Positions 15,141-27,752 of a stretch of DNA of 64,000 bases are shown piece after piece. Source of the DNA: Phoronis australis (Eukaryota > Animalia > Phoronida). The translations under genes and the position numbers were made by a program. The stretch is taken from positions 1-64,000 of the forward strand of contig NMRA01000973.1 of assembly GCA_002633005.1 (NCBI GenBank), given 5' to 3'. Numbering within the stretch: the first letter of the stretch is position 1; every line of letters begins with the position of its first letter. Under the pieces are notes generated by a model. The model was not told the DNA's origin and ran no database searches. It worked only from the letters and a program-made list of their open reading frames with translations.

Positions 15141-15244
15141 ATGTGGTCTCCTGCCATCTCCTGCTTGATTGCGATGTTTGCATTAGCATCGCATGTTAGA
15201 GGTGCAAAGCAGCTAGAGCCCGAGGTTCCAAAGTATCCAGAGGG
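15141..15244 (+). CDS. Gene A coding exon 1: signal peptide plus linker (MWSPAISCLIAMFALASHVRG-AKQLEPEVPKYPE)
   Basis: ATG at 15141 follows an acceptor (ccttcag, ending 15124). Hydrophobic signal-peptide-like stretch ending VRG. Phase-2 donor GG|gtaaga. Conserved in frame with the paralog at 32833. Confidence 0.85.
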
Positions 15245-16544
15245 GTAAGATAGATAATCAAGACACGGTCGCTGCTCAGGCAAACGACATTCCTTAGTTA
15301 GGCAAGACTCGACATCGGTACATCGCAGGTAGAATGAATGTTATATTGGACACCCAAAAATTTGTATATAGCCCGTTTTAGTGATCCCCATTATATTTGC
15401 TGTCCCCCTGTCTATTGTTGGTGGTAAGAGAGATACAGGAAAGGATAACAGATAGCACATCATTGTGGTCCAAAAGAAACTGGACTTGCCAAAGATTTGT
15501 TTTCTTGATAAGACGAGCAAGCAGAACAAGTTCACCGATTCTATTTCATGGAAAAGAAGTTGAGCTCTGTTCCAAGTCTTTTTGCAAACTACATGTAAAA
15601 ATGCTTGGTTTTTAAGAATCATTCTTGGTGCGCCTGTAATAGGAGCACGGTAATCAGGGCAACTTGTACTCAAACATTTCACGGTCTATACCCGACCAGT
15701 CGGAAACTGGTCAACGACCGGTCATTTAGCCGAGCAGCAGCACAGTAACGGTCTGCTAGGAATCGTCAGATGAGTCATCTTTGAGGTCGGCACTTGGATC
15801 TGCAAACTAGTCGCCTAGCTTAGAGGACTGGTTCTGATTATACGTATCCTTGGACGTCAATTACTAATATATGAGTTAGCGGGTGAACTTTGGACAAACT
15901 ATCAGCCACTGTTTGTCGGTCATATTACTTTGGCCACTCATGTCTTGACCACGGTTCATCAACCTTTGCTCGATTATTTAAAGGAGAAAACAACATTTTT
16001 TCATGTCAATTTTTGTAAAAACAAGGTTCGTTGTTTACCCCATATTTGTTTTTCTGTTAATAACGGCTTCCCGTAATTATATTAATTAGTCGTGCCTTTC
16101 TCCGGAAATGACGTTTAGTGGTTGAGTATTTCCCGACATTTTGCTTTCATGTAGTCTGACTATGTGACCTGTCGAGTCACTCATTGTTTACCTCAGCTGT
16201 GATAATTTCGGTTGTCGTTTGCGTCAGTCAACATGTTGCACCGTTACTACGTGCCGGAGTGCACGCGTTATGGTTTAGCTCACGCGCACTTGGGTATGCC
16301 AGACACCGTTTTCCGAAATCTGACATGCTCCGCCGTACTTGGCTCGTTCGTGTGAAGATTGCAGTGTTATCATCCACGCAACGTCCAAAGCAGAGGAGAA
16401 TGATAAATACCGAGTGTGGGCAAGCGTTTTATTCCGTTGGATTACGAAAGAGATATGAACGCGGAATCGGACGTGTAGTGGTCAGGTCCGTGAGCCAAAC
16501 TTGGACTTGACTAAAGTATTATAGATATATAGAAGGTGCCAATT

Positions 16545-16715
16545 GACCTATCGCAAGCTCCGCCTACTTGACTAAAGTCGACAAACAAATAATAAGTTTT
16601 ACCTGACGCGGTGCTGTTTGACGGATAAAATGGCGGCTTGGAAATGAAGGTGCGTCAAGAATGCTGTGTTCCGATTGGTCAGTTAAGCCGTCACTCAAAA
16701 TCCAGGCAATAGGTC
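16545..16715 (+). mobile_element. Short MITE of the GACCTAT/AATT-TSD family
   Basis: aatt-GACCTATCGC...GCAATAGGTC-aatt. Confidence 0.75.
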
Positions 16716-17331
16716 AATTGAGGGGAATCACCACGTATAGCTCGCTAAACGTTTAAGGTGGTGGCCGAAACAGTTGACCCGTGTATCGCCAAAATGATAC
16801 ATGTACACGTTGCTATTGGCTGGCCCTGTACGTACAATGTAGTAAATGATAGCAAACCTACATGCATTAAGCCAATGAAAACACAAGTCAAATGTTCATC
16901 TCTGCACTAGCTGATGCAATTTGACCCTACTAGTAAAAATTACATGGCCCGTGTTGCCTTCCATAAAGACAAGAAACTCGCAAACAAGGCTAGTGATATC
17001 ACGTGCTCCGTTTGCATGGCGATATCACGAGAAAACTGACTTGATATTGAGCTATCGCGAGTGTCGTGCGGTTACATGTACCTACCACAGCTCCGAACTG
17101 CGCGTGGGATCACAGGCACGTCCTCGAGTCGATAAACTACTTTCCGCTCTGAATCTTTTCAGAAGTTAAAAAGAACTTGATTTCGTTAGCACTACCGGAA
17201 GGATAATGAGTAGCCCATTGGATCGAGTACCTCCGAACTGTTTTGCAGTGTAAGGAATGGGAAAACGTCTTTTCGCCTGAGTAAGGTCTTCATACGATAC
17301 TAGCATCTGCATGTGAATCAACTTCTTCTAG

Positions 17332-17435
17332 GTGTCTACAGGTACCTGATGGATTGCTTTGGTTGCTGGAAGACTGCAAAATTGAATGGTCCGAACAGTT
17401 AAATTGTGTGACTGCCATTAAAAAGTGCCCAAAAG
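17332..17435 (+). CDS. Gene A coding exon 2: 4-Cys module (CLQVPDGLLWLLEDCKIEWSEQLNCVTAIKKCPK)
   Basis: Acceptor cttcttctag and donor gtaagt. 104 nt, phase 2 to phase 1, compatible with both neighbouring exons. Open and the same length in the paralog at 48094. Confidence 0.88.
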
Positions 17436-17661
17436 GTAAGTACGAATTTCAACAATTTGCTATATTCCAGCTTGTTTATTATGAAATTTACAAAACTCCT
17501 TGATCGATTTTTATCCTTGAACACGGCTAATTGACAGTGTTACTTAATGGAGTTTTTTTCAAAAATAATCATACAAGTACCTCAGTCAAAATGAATTTAT
17601 ACTGTTTGATCAGGAATGAAACAGAGTATAGAGACATCCTTTATTTTCACTAAATCAATAA

Positions 17662-19045
17662 AGGTAAATGCCACCAAAAACAACCCCTTTTGTATCAGTT
17701 TAGATGAGTAGATCCACTCAGTAACAGCAAGATCAGTTCATTTACATGGCAACATACATGTACGACAGACGGAGGTGTTGAATTTAAGCAATGACATCGG
17801 TTCTAACACAGTCTGTTCAGCAGTTCACAACACGCTAACTTGGGTCAGCTTATCGCTTAACTTCATCGCTTTACTACAGTAAATCATCATAGTTCGCTGC
17901 AGAACCCTTACAAATACATTGAGTTGTTAACAAACGAGTTATTTTATTTGGTGTTACGGATTTATAAAATTTTTTAATGAACCATAGCCTACAATGTTAG
18001 GTAGGCCAACTTACAGAGATCGGTTGCGGTAATTAAGTTTGGTTCTGTTCGGTGAGGATTTATAATTATGCTTCCATGAAATACAGACAAGAGAGCACAG
18101 CTGTGTGTTGTGATTTTAGATTTGCGATTTTTTCAGTTCTAAAGACACAAAACACTTGTTATAACCCAGTGGCTCGGAACCCGATCGCGGACTAGAGACG
18201 TACGAACATAAACCAGCCGAGTTCGTCGGCTGCCTAAGTTGAAAACTGGACTTCCGTTCACGAAAAATCTAGTCAATTGAACCAAGGAAATAACGTGCAC
18301 GTGAACATTTCGGTGAATTGGCCGCAAAATGTAAGGTTGTACAATAACTTTGATTCGAATAATCATTATATATCTACATAAAGATTCCCCTAACATCTGA
18401 CCATAGCATACATGTATCAAATCGCGTTTTTGTTTCACAACAGCTTTCTGTCGGAAACACTGGATTGGCATGCGATCACACACCTTCTTGTTTCCGGTCA
18501 ATTACAGTTTTAATGTATCTCAGTGAAGTCGGTACACAAGTTGATTTATTCATTGTTGGTTTCTCAAAATATTTGCAATCATGAACACTCCAAAGGCATT
18601 ACAAGTTGTATCAGCATGTACTTCAATTTCATGTTAATTTTGGTTAGAGAGAATAATTCATATTGAAACAGAAATAGGTCGGTTACAGACACGGATATAC
18701 ATGTACATGTATGTCACGGCCTTATCCTTGAAATTAATAACGGCGTGCTTTCCATTTTGTACTTCCGCTAGCCACTTCTGAAGAATTTCGGTTTCTCGAG
18801 AAAATCGAAAAAAAACGATATACCCGCTTTCCTCGCAGCTTCATGTTTCGCACAAGCGAGAACGATACAGCAAACCATAGTGGCACACAGTCAGCTCAAG
18901 AACCACGGACGTCGCTGCGTCGTTTACTCATCTTCCTCACAGGTTAGCGCGGCACCTCTCGGCGAGGTGAGATCGACCACAAACGAGGTGGTGTGAATAT
19001 AGACCGATTAAGGCGGTAAAAAACGAAATAACTCGGGTGTGTCTT
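17662..19045 (+). mobile_element. Kolobok-like non-autonomous DNA transposon (family A) in gene A intron
   Basis: Termini AGG(T/A)AATGCCACC...GGGTGTGTCTT with degenerate TTAA TSDs. The empty TTAA site is visible in gene B (ccaaTTAAtttgg, ~48413). THAP N-terminus MVCCIVLACAKHEAARKAGISFF..KW on the - strand (~18730-18878). Confidence 0.8.
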
Positions 19046-19965
19046 CTAATTTGATTGCAACCACACAATTTTTGCGTACAAACAGTTGTGAGACAACATT
19101 CCATCAGCATCAGTTATTCTCAAACACTGCCACAAGGTGGAGCTGGTTAGCTTGTTCTATGACCTTTATTCAAAGTTGGTGTTTCCCCACGGAAGAAAGA
19201 TTGGTATCATATTATACAAAATAAACACCGAAATAATTGTAAATTGCCCCAATTCTATTCAAATCTCTTGTCTCACATGCTATAGTCAAATGTTGGTTTC
19301 CGTTGTAGATCAACAAAATACTGGAACATAAAAACGCTTCGAGCTAGTAGTCGCAACCGGAATTCAATCCTCTTTTCTTGCGGAGACGGAAAAACGCATT
19401 TTATGGTTGGACTAGTTTTTTTAAAGATGAAAAAGTATGCTGCCCACATTCTTTTGTAGCGATTAGAAATGGAAATAAACGAAACTGGTAGGCGTGAATT
19501 TGTACTAGTAGCTAACTATTCTCAATATGTGAGTTTTTTTTCCAATTGTTTCGGTGATATACATGTGTGCAAAATGCGTCGACTTAGACTAATTTGAAGT
19601 TGAATTGGGTTATGGAAAGATAATTTTCATTCTTACTCAGTTATTTTTTGGGAAAACGCTACACAGTCTAACGAGCATTTGCATTTGATTGGAGAAAAAC
19701 TGCTCACTCAATACGTAGATACGCTTCAAAAAGCAAGTGTTACTGTATTTACATTTATCCTAGTTCTTGAACTTTTTCATCCCAAAGAGTCACTAAAACA
19801 GGAATCTCACTCACCGATAACATTTTTTCGAAGGCGTTCATCCCAGGAGTGAATTCAATCATTTATTGCTTCTACGGAACGCTTTCCAGGTTTGACGTTA
19901 TACGTGTAAAACAACAGGTAAGCAATATATGCCGAAGTCAATTCACCGTTTCTTTTCTTGAATAG

Positions 19966-20133
19966 ATTGTAAAGATGGCAGTGGTCGCATTTACAAGCGG
20001 AACGAGGAGTGGGTGGAGATGGTGGACGAGGTTACCTTTGATTGTGCGTGTAAACTCCCAATCAGGTGGTTTCGTCGTTTGCCAACAAAGCTTTACAAGA
20101 AATTCCCACCGACAGGAATCTGCAATCGACGAG
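19966..20133 (+). CDS. Gene A coding exon 3: FnI/VWC-like module (CKDGSGRIYKRNEEWVEMVDEVTFDCACK...GICNRR)
   Basis: Acceptor tttcttgaatag and donor gtatac. 168 nt, phase 1-1, open. C..G..Y...E.W...CxC...C pattern. Paralog exon at 50399. Confidence 0.88.
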
Positions 20134-21117
20134 GTATACACATTTAGTCACTTAATATAATATTTGAATGAACAGTTAATTTCTCATTGCATCACCAAAC
20201 CTGGAACGTTAGAGGGTTGCGATAATTGGTCCATTATTAAGTATCAATGAGAACTTGGGGTTATTTATTAAAAACTGCGTCCAAGAACTTAATCATCATC
20301 ATCTTGAATTAACCTTTAAATATGTCACGTACGAAAAAGATAAAAACGTTCCAATAAGAACAAATTGGAAGAATGCTTGTTATGAACGAATTTGAATAAG
20401 AATAAGATGCCTGTAGTTACGTTTTATGCTTATCCGATTACTACTTAAAAAGTTATGGAACGCAAAGCTCGCCAGAAATATCTCTTAAACAATTCGTGGC
20501 GAATGTACCATCTCGCAACGTCTAGTACAGAGTAAGGTAATTCACTGCCTCCTGTGAGGAAATTTACACAAAAATTCCCAAAATTCACTATTTTCGAACG
20601 ACGCGCGAAAGAAAAACTCTGTCTTAACCACCAAGTTTCTAATCTCCTTCTCACTGATGATCAATGTGCGCACGCACTCAGAGTCAGTTGATTGCAGTAA
20701 AAGGTCACATTTTGCATATAAAGGAAATGTGCTACGTCCATGTCTTGCCATTCCACATAAGGGAACGAGCTTTACCTTGTGGGAGAAAAATGGACAAAGT
20801 GGCGCACAGTGGACAGATCATTTTTTGACATTTGAAACTGAAGCAATATGCTTTGATATCAACAGAAATTAAACTTCTTCAAGAACAAACCCTAAAATTA
20901 CCTGGTGTGCAGGTTTTATTCTGTTTCAGTGGAAGAGAACTACACTCAATATTGCAATTTAGTCTGTTTATCGCGTTCCAGGCCTCTCTAAGTAAACCCA
21001 TACAAAATTATAAAAAGATTACTTTCTACCGATTTGGTTCGGACAGCACACAACAGTCAGTGATCATTATGTTGCGCTAAATTATCCCTGAATTGATTAT
21101 CTTGTCTTCATTTTAAG

Positions 21118-21275
21118 GTTGCGGCCGTCCACGCAATCGTCAAATGAGATACGGCGAAACGTATTACAAGGAACGTGAGGGCGATAGATACAAGTGCACG
21201 TGCATCAAAGGGCCAGATCCACAGGTAGCGGATGACTCTTCCCATTCGCACATTAAATGTCAGGTTGTTGAGTAG
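21118..21275 (+). CDS. Gene A terminal coding exon: FnI/VWC-like module (CGRPRNRQMRYGETYYKEREGDRYKCTCIKG...IKCQVVE*)
   Basis: Acceptor tcattttaag, phase 1, TAG ending 21275, AATAAA near 21423. Same length and stop position as the paralog exon at 60305. Confidence 0.88.
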
Positions 21276-23884
21276 CAACCATTCCGAGTTTTCAGATTGA
21301 CTTATAAAGAATGAAAAGTTATAACTAGAAAAGTGTGCTAACTATTGGGCTGTGGTCCAGTGTCTGCGAGTTTAAGAAAAAGGTGGAAAATGCCTTCCAC
21401 CATCACCTTCAAGACACCTCACAATAAAAACTGTTATGCGTGTAGGTGCGACATTTCGAACGGCAGGGGCAAACGTATGTGTCTTAATTGCGCCTATCAA
21501 AATAAAAATTCTAAAGTTGGTTCAATTATTATATATGTACTTGCTAATAAGTATTGGAACAAGGAATTGCTGTTTTGCTCAATTTAAGTAACCGGGCTGC
21601 ATTTGTGGCAGTGGTAAAACGGTGCCGAATATAAACAGTTGAACTCAAAGATAGCCATATATTAAAATAAACGTGTTGTTCTAAGTCAAATTAACATTCT
21701 CCAGTTTCATGAACTGAAGTTATTCGGTTTTCTTTCTTGTTTTCCACGTGCTCAGGCATACGTGTTAGGGCAGAGGATTTACATAGTGACATTCCTTATT
21801 TCGTTTTACACCATCAAAATCCACACGCTAATGACTCATCAATCTGCGTGCGCATCTCATGTAATCTTGAAGTGAAGTTAGCAGTGAATTAGAATCATGT
21901 ATTCCCAGTCGAGGCTAATGATTAGATAGACTAGCAAAACGTCTCCACTGCACCACCACTATGACAAAAGTAAGTTCTAAATATGCGAGCAAAGGTAATG
22001 CTAAATTGACCCGATGCAAGGCGCTCAACGCTTGCTAAATAAAAACATATAAATGTACGAAATACACCCAACCTTGCACTAAATATTGAACACAATCGGT
22101 CCCAAGCATACTGCAAATTAGTCGGTAAACCAACGATTAAAAAAACTTATGAAAACCTCTCGAATCAAATAATGTCATGTACCTAACGTTATCTTCATGG
22201 GAACGTCTTGAATTCAAAGATGGCAGCCTCTTTCCGGCTCACATTTTACTATCAAGCTTTTTCAAATAACATTGACACATACAAAAATGTTTGCACTGAC
22301 TCTACCCTTGTGTCCCATCAACATTTCTTTCCATCTTGTATTCTTGTAGCAGAATAGAATACAATAAAGTACAGCACAATAAAACAAAATATGTTTCATT
22401 AAAGGATCTGTAAAACATAATACAGGGAGATTAGCGTCCCTTTTAACCTCGAAATTTGTGGCCTTTTTTATTCTTATTTGGTAAGACGTCGAAACGATTT
22501 TAATTTTGTTAGGATTCTCAGTCTTCTTTGCTTCAGTATAAAACAACACGATCCTTTTGCTATAAATATTAGTAAAGTTAAGTTTCCAAAAATCACTTTT
22601 CTAAAATTCTTTTGCCGGGGTTCGCTGGATATCATCGAACTTGAATGAATTTTTAACAGGCATGATTTCGCTTTTAAAGTTTTTACATGCTCAATTCACA
22701 TGCTACATTTATATACATCATTTATTTTAAACTCCAAATAAATTTCTCATTCTAAGAGTTGATCATTTTTGCAGGAGTTCGTAGAAAAGGCTTTTTCACA
22801 TTCTACATATATTTCCATCTTGCGGATACATGCTACGATAGCTGAACACCCTGAGTTCAGTTCTTCAATTTACATTTTGTTTCACGTTCGTGTTAAAATT
22901 GAGCTGTTGCCAAACCCATTTTTGTTACTGTAACGTGAATCAGCACGCGCAATTACATATGCGCCATAATTCATGTTCACGTCGCTTTTCGAAACCTCTT
23001 TATTATACGGAGAATTCCCGCATCAAACAAATTGTAATGAGAGATAAAATACTTTGAATCTAGTAATAAAATACAGCACAATAAGGCGTCCAGCAAAAAC
23101 GGTAACAACAAAGAATACCAATGACAGACGGAAACGACAGAAAATAAATCTAGGCCTACAGTATAGGAATTACGAGAGCACTAGAGCGAAATGCCTACAA
23201 GAACGGAAGGGAATATATAACTAGGTAACAATCTAGTAACAAACTATCCCTGTAACACGCCCAAAGGATGAAAATCCCTAAACAAATCGGATAAAAAGAA
23301 ATCGAGCAGACGGCCTCCAAATTAGAAAACTCCTCGCGACATCTATAGAGTTACTTAAAGCTAATCTATGAAAGAGAGAATACGGCAGTATGAGACAACG
23401 TCACACGACGCTTACATGTGCGACTTACTTCTTTTGCGAATTGCTATTGTGACATTGAACAAACAAGCAGCTCAAGATGTTTCATTAGTTGAATTAATGT
23501 GTAGGAACAAGAATCGATTAGAAAATAATCGCATTCCTATTCAAAAGAGTGGAATCGAAACGAATCGAAATCCTAAAAATTGTATATCGTTCCACCACAA
23601 GTGAGAACGCTCAACGTCTGTGAGCATCGAAGCTGTCAATCACCAGGGAGTTACTCCAGTGATAATGGTGAAGGCTAACTTGGTCCTCTGGTTCACACTC
23701 TGACATCACTGATAGCGGCCCTTGGCGCATTATAACGGCGGTTTTGGTTGACTGTCAGCTGACAATTTTTAGACTGGAAATTGGCGTACGGATTCAAATT
23801 AAAACCATCCGGTAAGCCAACGTCAAATCTCCAGTGAACTAACTCCAAAACTGAGAAATAGAACTTCTATTGGAGATGTGTGGA

Positions 23885-25240
23885 CATTCACCTGAAGTAC
23901 AATGACATGCATTTTAATGTAATTAAATTGATGAATAAAGTCTATTTCAGAAATCACATCTTTGTTACACTTTCACTTTTTTTACAAACAAGCGTCTTTC
24001 CAATGTTAATTCCTATTGGCTAACGCGCGTCTGACGTCACTGAGGCTGTACCGTGGGTGAAGGCAATAAGATAAATCTTATGTATGTAGCTCATTGGGTG
24101 AATGCCCCTCGGCTACAGAACTGTGCTTAATGTGTATAGTTCGTCTGTTGACTATTAGTGGAGCGATGCCCGGTTCTTGGCACGGGCCAGGAAAGGGCGT
24201 CGACTGCGTAGCCTTGCCTTGGTGCAAGCTGTATAGTAAATATAGGCGGCCGTTGTACCGACGTGTGTAAAAACTGATCAGATAAAATCTGACACAAAAT
24301 CAGTGTCATTAAAAATTACGCTCTTCCTTGAGCAAACTAAATTGTTGACTGGTGTTGATAAAATTGGCGTTCTGCCGTTCACTCTGCTGCTAAAAATTGG
24401 GTGCGCTCTTTAAGGTCGGCTTTCGGCGCTGTCACCTGTTGCCTTATTTGCCTGTTTCGTTCCCCGTGTTGTTCCTCTTCCAAGCGATCGAACTGTTCTT
24501 CGAAGTTAGTCACAACAAATTACTAGAACTGATTTCATTTTCTTACAAGTTTTTAATATTTCAATGCCAGGAAACCGAATTTCATGAAAAATTTGCTCCC
24601 GCGAAGCTGTCATCATTTCTCGACGGATGTCGCAAAATTTTAGGAAATAGAGAGTGTTGAGCGTGCTGTTTTCTTTGTTACAAAAAGATGAGAATTATTA
24701 AATAAAATAACGTTTACTAGATTGTTTTTCACTTAAATATCAAGGTGAGTGACACCCAGATATTTGCACTCTCCCCTGCCGGTTTAGAGCTCTACATGTT
24801 GATATAAGTTTCGCGACTAGGTGACGAGCAGAACAACCGGGGCTATGTGAAATTTCGGAGTCTCACGGAGTTCAACACAATGGTAGTGGTACCTAAATGT
24901 ATTTTGAAGAAACTTTCATACAGCTAGGTGGCTGGCTAGGCGCTGGAAAGAATCAAAGTCACAGGAAAGAAAAACGCAAAAGGTTGTGAGTATGCACCTG
25001 TTGATCTGTCGACTGGTCTACGTACTCGCACGGCTAATGACCACCTTTGTGGTGCACAGCCTCAGTGACGTCACGAAAAACAACGCTTGCAGTGGGGGTT
25101 TACGAAACTAATAAATTTTTACTTTTCAAAGTAAAAAAGAAAAATACTGTGCACTATTTAGGAATATGTGGATGTCAGTAACCAACCTTTATACTTTCAA
25201 AATTCAAATTAAAATGCTGAAACATATAGTTCAGGCCTCT
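23885..25240. mobile_element. Probable TTAA-type DNA transposon with long imperfect inverted ends
   Basis: Inverted TGACGTCACTGAGGCTGT at ~24032 and ~25056-25073, plus similar outer sequence. The right end abuts TTAA. Confidence 0.45.
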
Positions 25241-25505
25241 TTTAAAGAAAATGAAATTGATGACGAAGACTTAGTTAACTTGTCTCTAGGAGCGACCGTT
25301 ACAGCTTTTGAGGTACTGTTGAACAAGTGTGCGCCAGTAGAACGAGACTCCCATGACTTATGATGAGTTAGTTCAAATTCTGCCAGATTACAATGTTTCT
25401 ACGAAAAGACAACTCACACGGAAACCGGAATTCAGATCTTGGCGACTGCAGGCTGGGGAATCTGTCAATGAACTCATTGTGGCCTTACAGAATCATGCTG
25501 TTTGA
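25240..25505 (+). mobile_element. Ty3/Gypsy gag fragment
   Basis: FKENEIDD..LL..CAP / TYDELVQIL..EFRSWRLQAGESVNELIVALQNHA resembles the Gypsy gag major-homology region (Q..GESV..Y...L..LA). Confidence 0.6.
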
Positions 25506-27752
25506 GTAAACTATCACAAAACTTACCATAAAATGTGGGGAAGTAAGCTGGCGGGGGCGGGGAGTTGGCCAAGTAAAAGTGCTTTGTTGTAATCCCTTAT
25601 TGCAGAGACTCCTGTTGTTTTGTAACGAAAGTTGACAGTTTGCTACAAAGAACAATAGTTGTGCTTCATTTCTTATTTTGAGTGTAACTTCAGATTTTTA
25701 ATTCCTAAAATGTGTAAATTTTAAGATGTGGCTACAAATATATTGTTGAAATACTCTGGAGACAGGAAAGAGACATTTTTGAATTGTGATAGAACTCGCA
25801 TTCATTGATCGTACAGTAGCTACAGCCACTTGTATGATATTTAGCCTTCCCGTTAAAAATACGGAGGGCACAATTATTTCACGAGGACGGGGGAATCTCC
25901 AGTCTGCCATTGACGAAACATAGTCGGAGAAGGCTGCTTCTTCTGCGTCAGGCAATACAGGTTGGCTACCTTACATTTTGTTTGTTTTTGATTTATCCTA
26001 TTATGTAGAGTTCCTCGGTGGTGGGCCACAGAAAACCCGTTACAACAGATCAAAACCGGGGTGGTTCGACACTATCTCTTTCCAAGAGTATTTTCGTAAT
26101 ATCACAGTTCCCTGAGAGCGGAAAACATTCAGCAAGAAAAGTTCTAATGACAGACAAAATGTCATCACATCTGAGCAGGGATGTCATCGCAGAATGCAGG
26201 GCATTAAACATAGCGTTTGTTTGCTTACTCCCCAACACTACCCACGTGATCCAACCTCATGATGTCGGGGTGTATTCCTCAGTAAAGAAGAATTGGCGTG
26301 CTCTACTAGAGTGGAAGACGTCTGTAAGAGGTCAAAAGCACTTGTGTTCCCAAGGACCAATTCACGGCATTACTTAACACATTGATTTTCGAATGGGAGT
26401 AAAATTTTCAGAGAATTTGAAAAGTGGATTCAGAAAATCGTTCTATGACCTAGTGCCACTTAGCAATGAGCCAGTTTAGGTCGTCTTCTCTGTGCCGGTC
26501 AGCACAATTTAGTTTGTCGTCCTGTTATTTACCAACAACGCCAGAAATTTGTAATATTCTTGATCCGCTAGGTGACGCTTAGCGCCATGTCCCTAGCCAA
26601 TCATAACAACGCATAGTTAGCTTAAAGGTCAGGAAGCTTGGGTGCTAGTACCGTGAGCCTGCATGAAGTCAGTAGTCTGCAGAGCATAGTCAAGTTTACA
26701 ATAACAGTATTTGGAATTTCTGGAATTCCACAGTCTACAGTACAGTGCTAGCTGGGTCATTGGGGGTCACAACTCACTGTTAACTTGTACACCTAACCAA
26801 AACAAATGGGAACTGAACGCCAGCCAGCCTGCTTGCATTGGCTTATATGCGGTTGCCAAAGCGCTTTTTATTAAAGTAATCTTCAGATGTTTTCCATTAC
26901 AAATTTGTGTTCGGAATCCACTCCTAAGTAACAGTATTGAATTAAGACGAAGGACAACGTACTGCGGATCACAAAAAACGGAACAACATTTTGAAGATAA
27001 CTATATAGTATCAACTACTGATCACAGACGAAATCAGGAATAAAACTGTATAAAATCCGACTTTTTCAAACTTCGAATGTATTTCTAAACTCACACGGGA
27101 AGAAAAAATGAACATAACAGTTTCTTATCGATTCTGATTTAGTCTTTCATCTGCAGTGCAAATTTCAATGCAAGACAACCAGGCGATCGGTAATATTTCG
27201 TCTCACAGCACTGTACGTGGATCCATTTTCTGAACACAAGAGACGTGGAAAAATTTTCGAAAAACAGCATATGAAAATTGGATCAACAACCTCTGAGTAC
27301 TCCTGGTAGTCACCTAGGCTATTGGCAAATCCGATGGCAAAATGAATTCAGCCACAAACTCAGTGACTTCAAAATGAGCTATGCGCTCAAATATTGGCTT
27401 CCGGACAATCGTTAGCATAGGCCTCAACGGGGCAAACTTCAAACTTCAAGAGACGTGGAAAAATTTTCACCAATGACGCTGATATTTGGTAGTAACAAGT
27501 CTTAGCATAGACTCTATACCACAGGATATAGGCAAATTGTGTAGTTATCTCCCCTCACTTGTAAATTGCTGATTACAGCCTGTTGTTGTGTATTTCTTAT
27601 GGAGGGCTGATGCCGAAATTTAGCGCATGCGCAGTAGTGCATGTTACAAATTTCTGGCGTTGAGTAGACGTCTAAAACTAAACGAAATCCGTTATGAGAC
27701 AGATTATCTATCACCAAAGAAACGAGCAAAACGTCTGAATGTGGAAGTAATT

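Noticed and set aside
16900-17250. Conserved blocks with AG/GT motifs as possible extra exons (paralog 47660-48000)
   Set aside because: Frameshifting indels and stops occur between the paralogs, and the flanking exons already join in phase.
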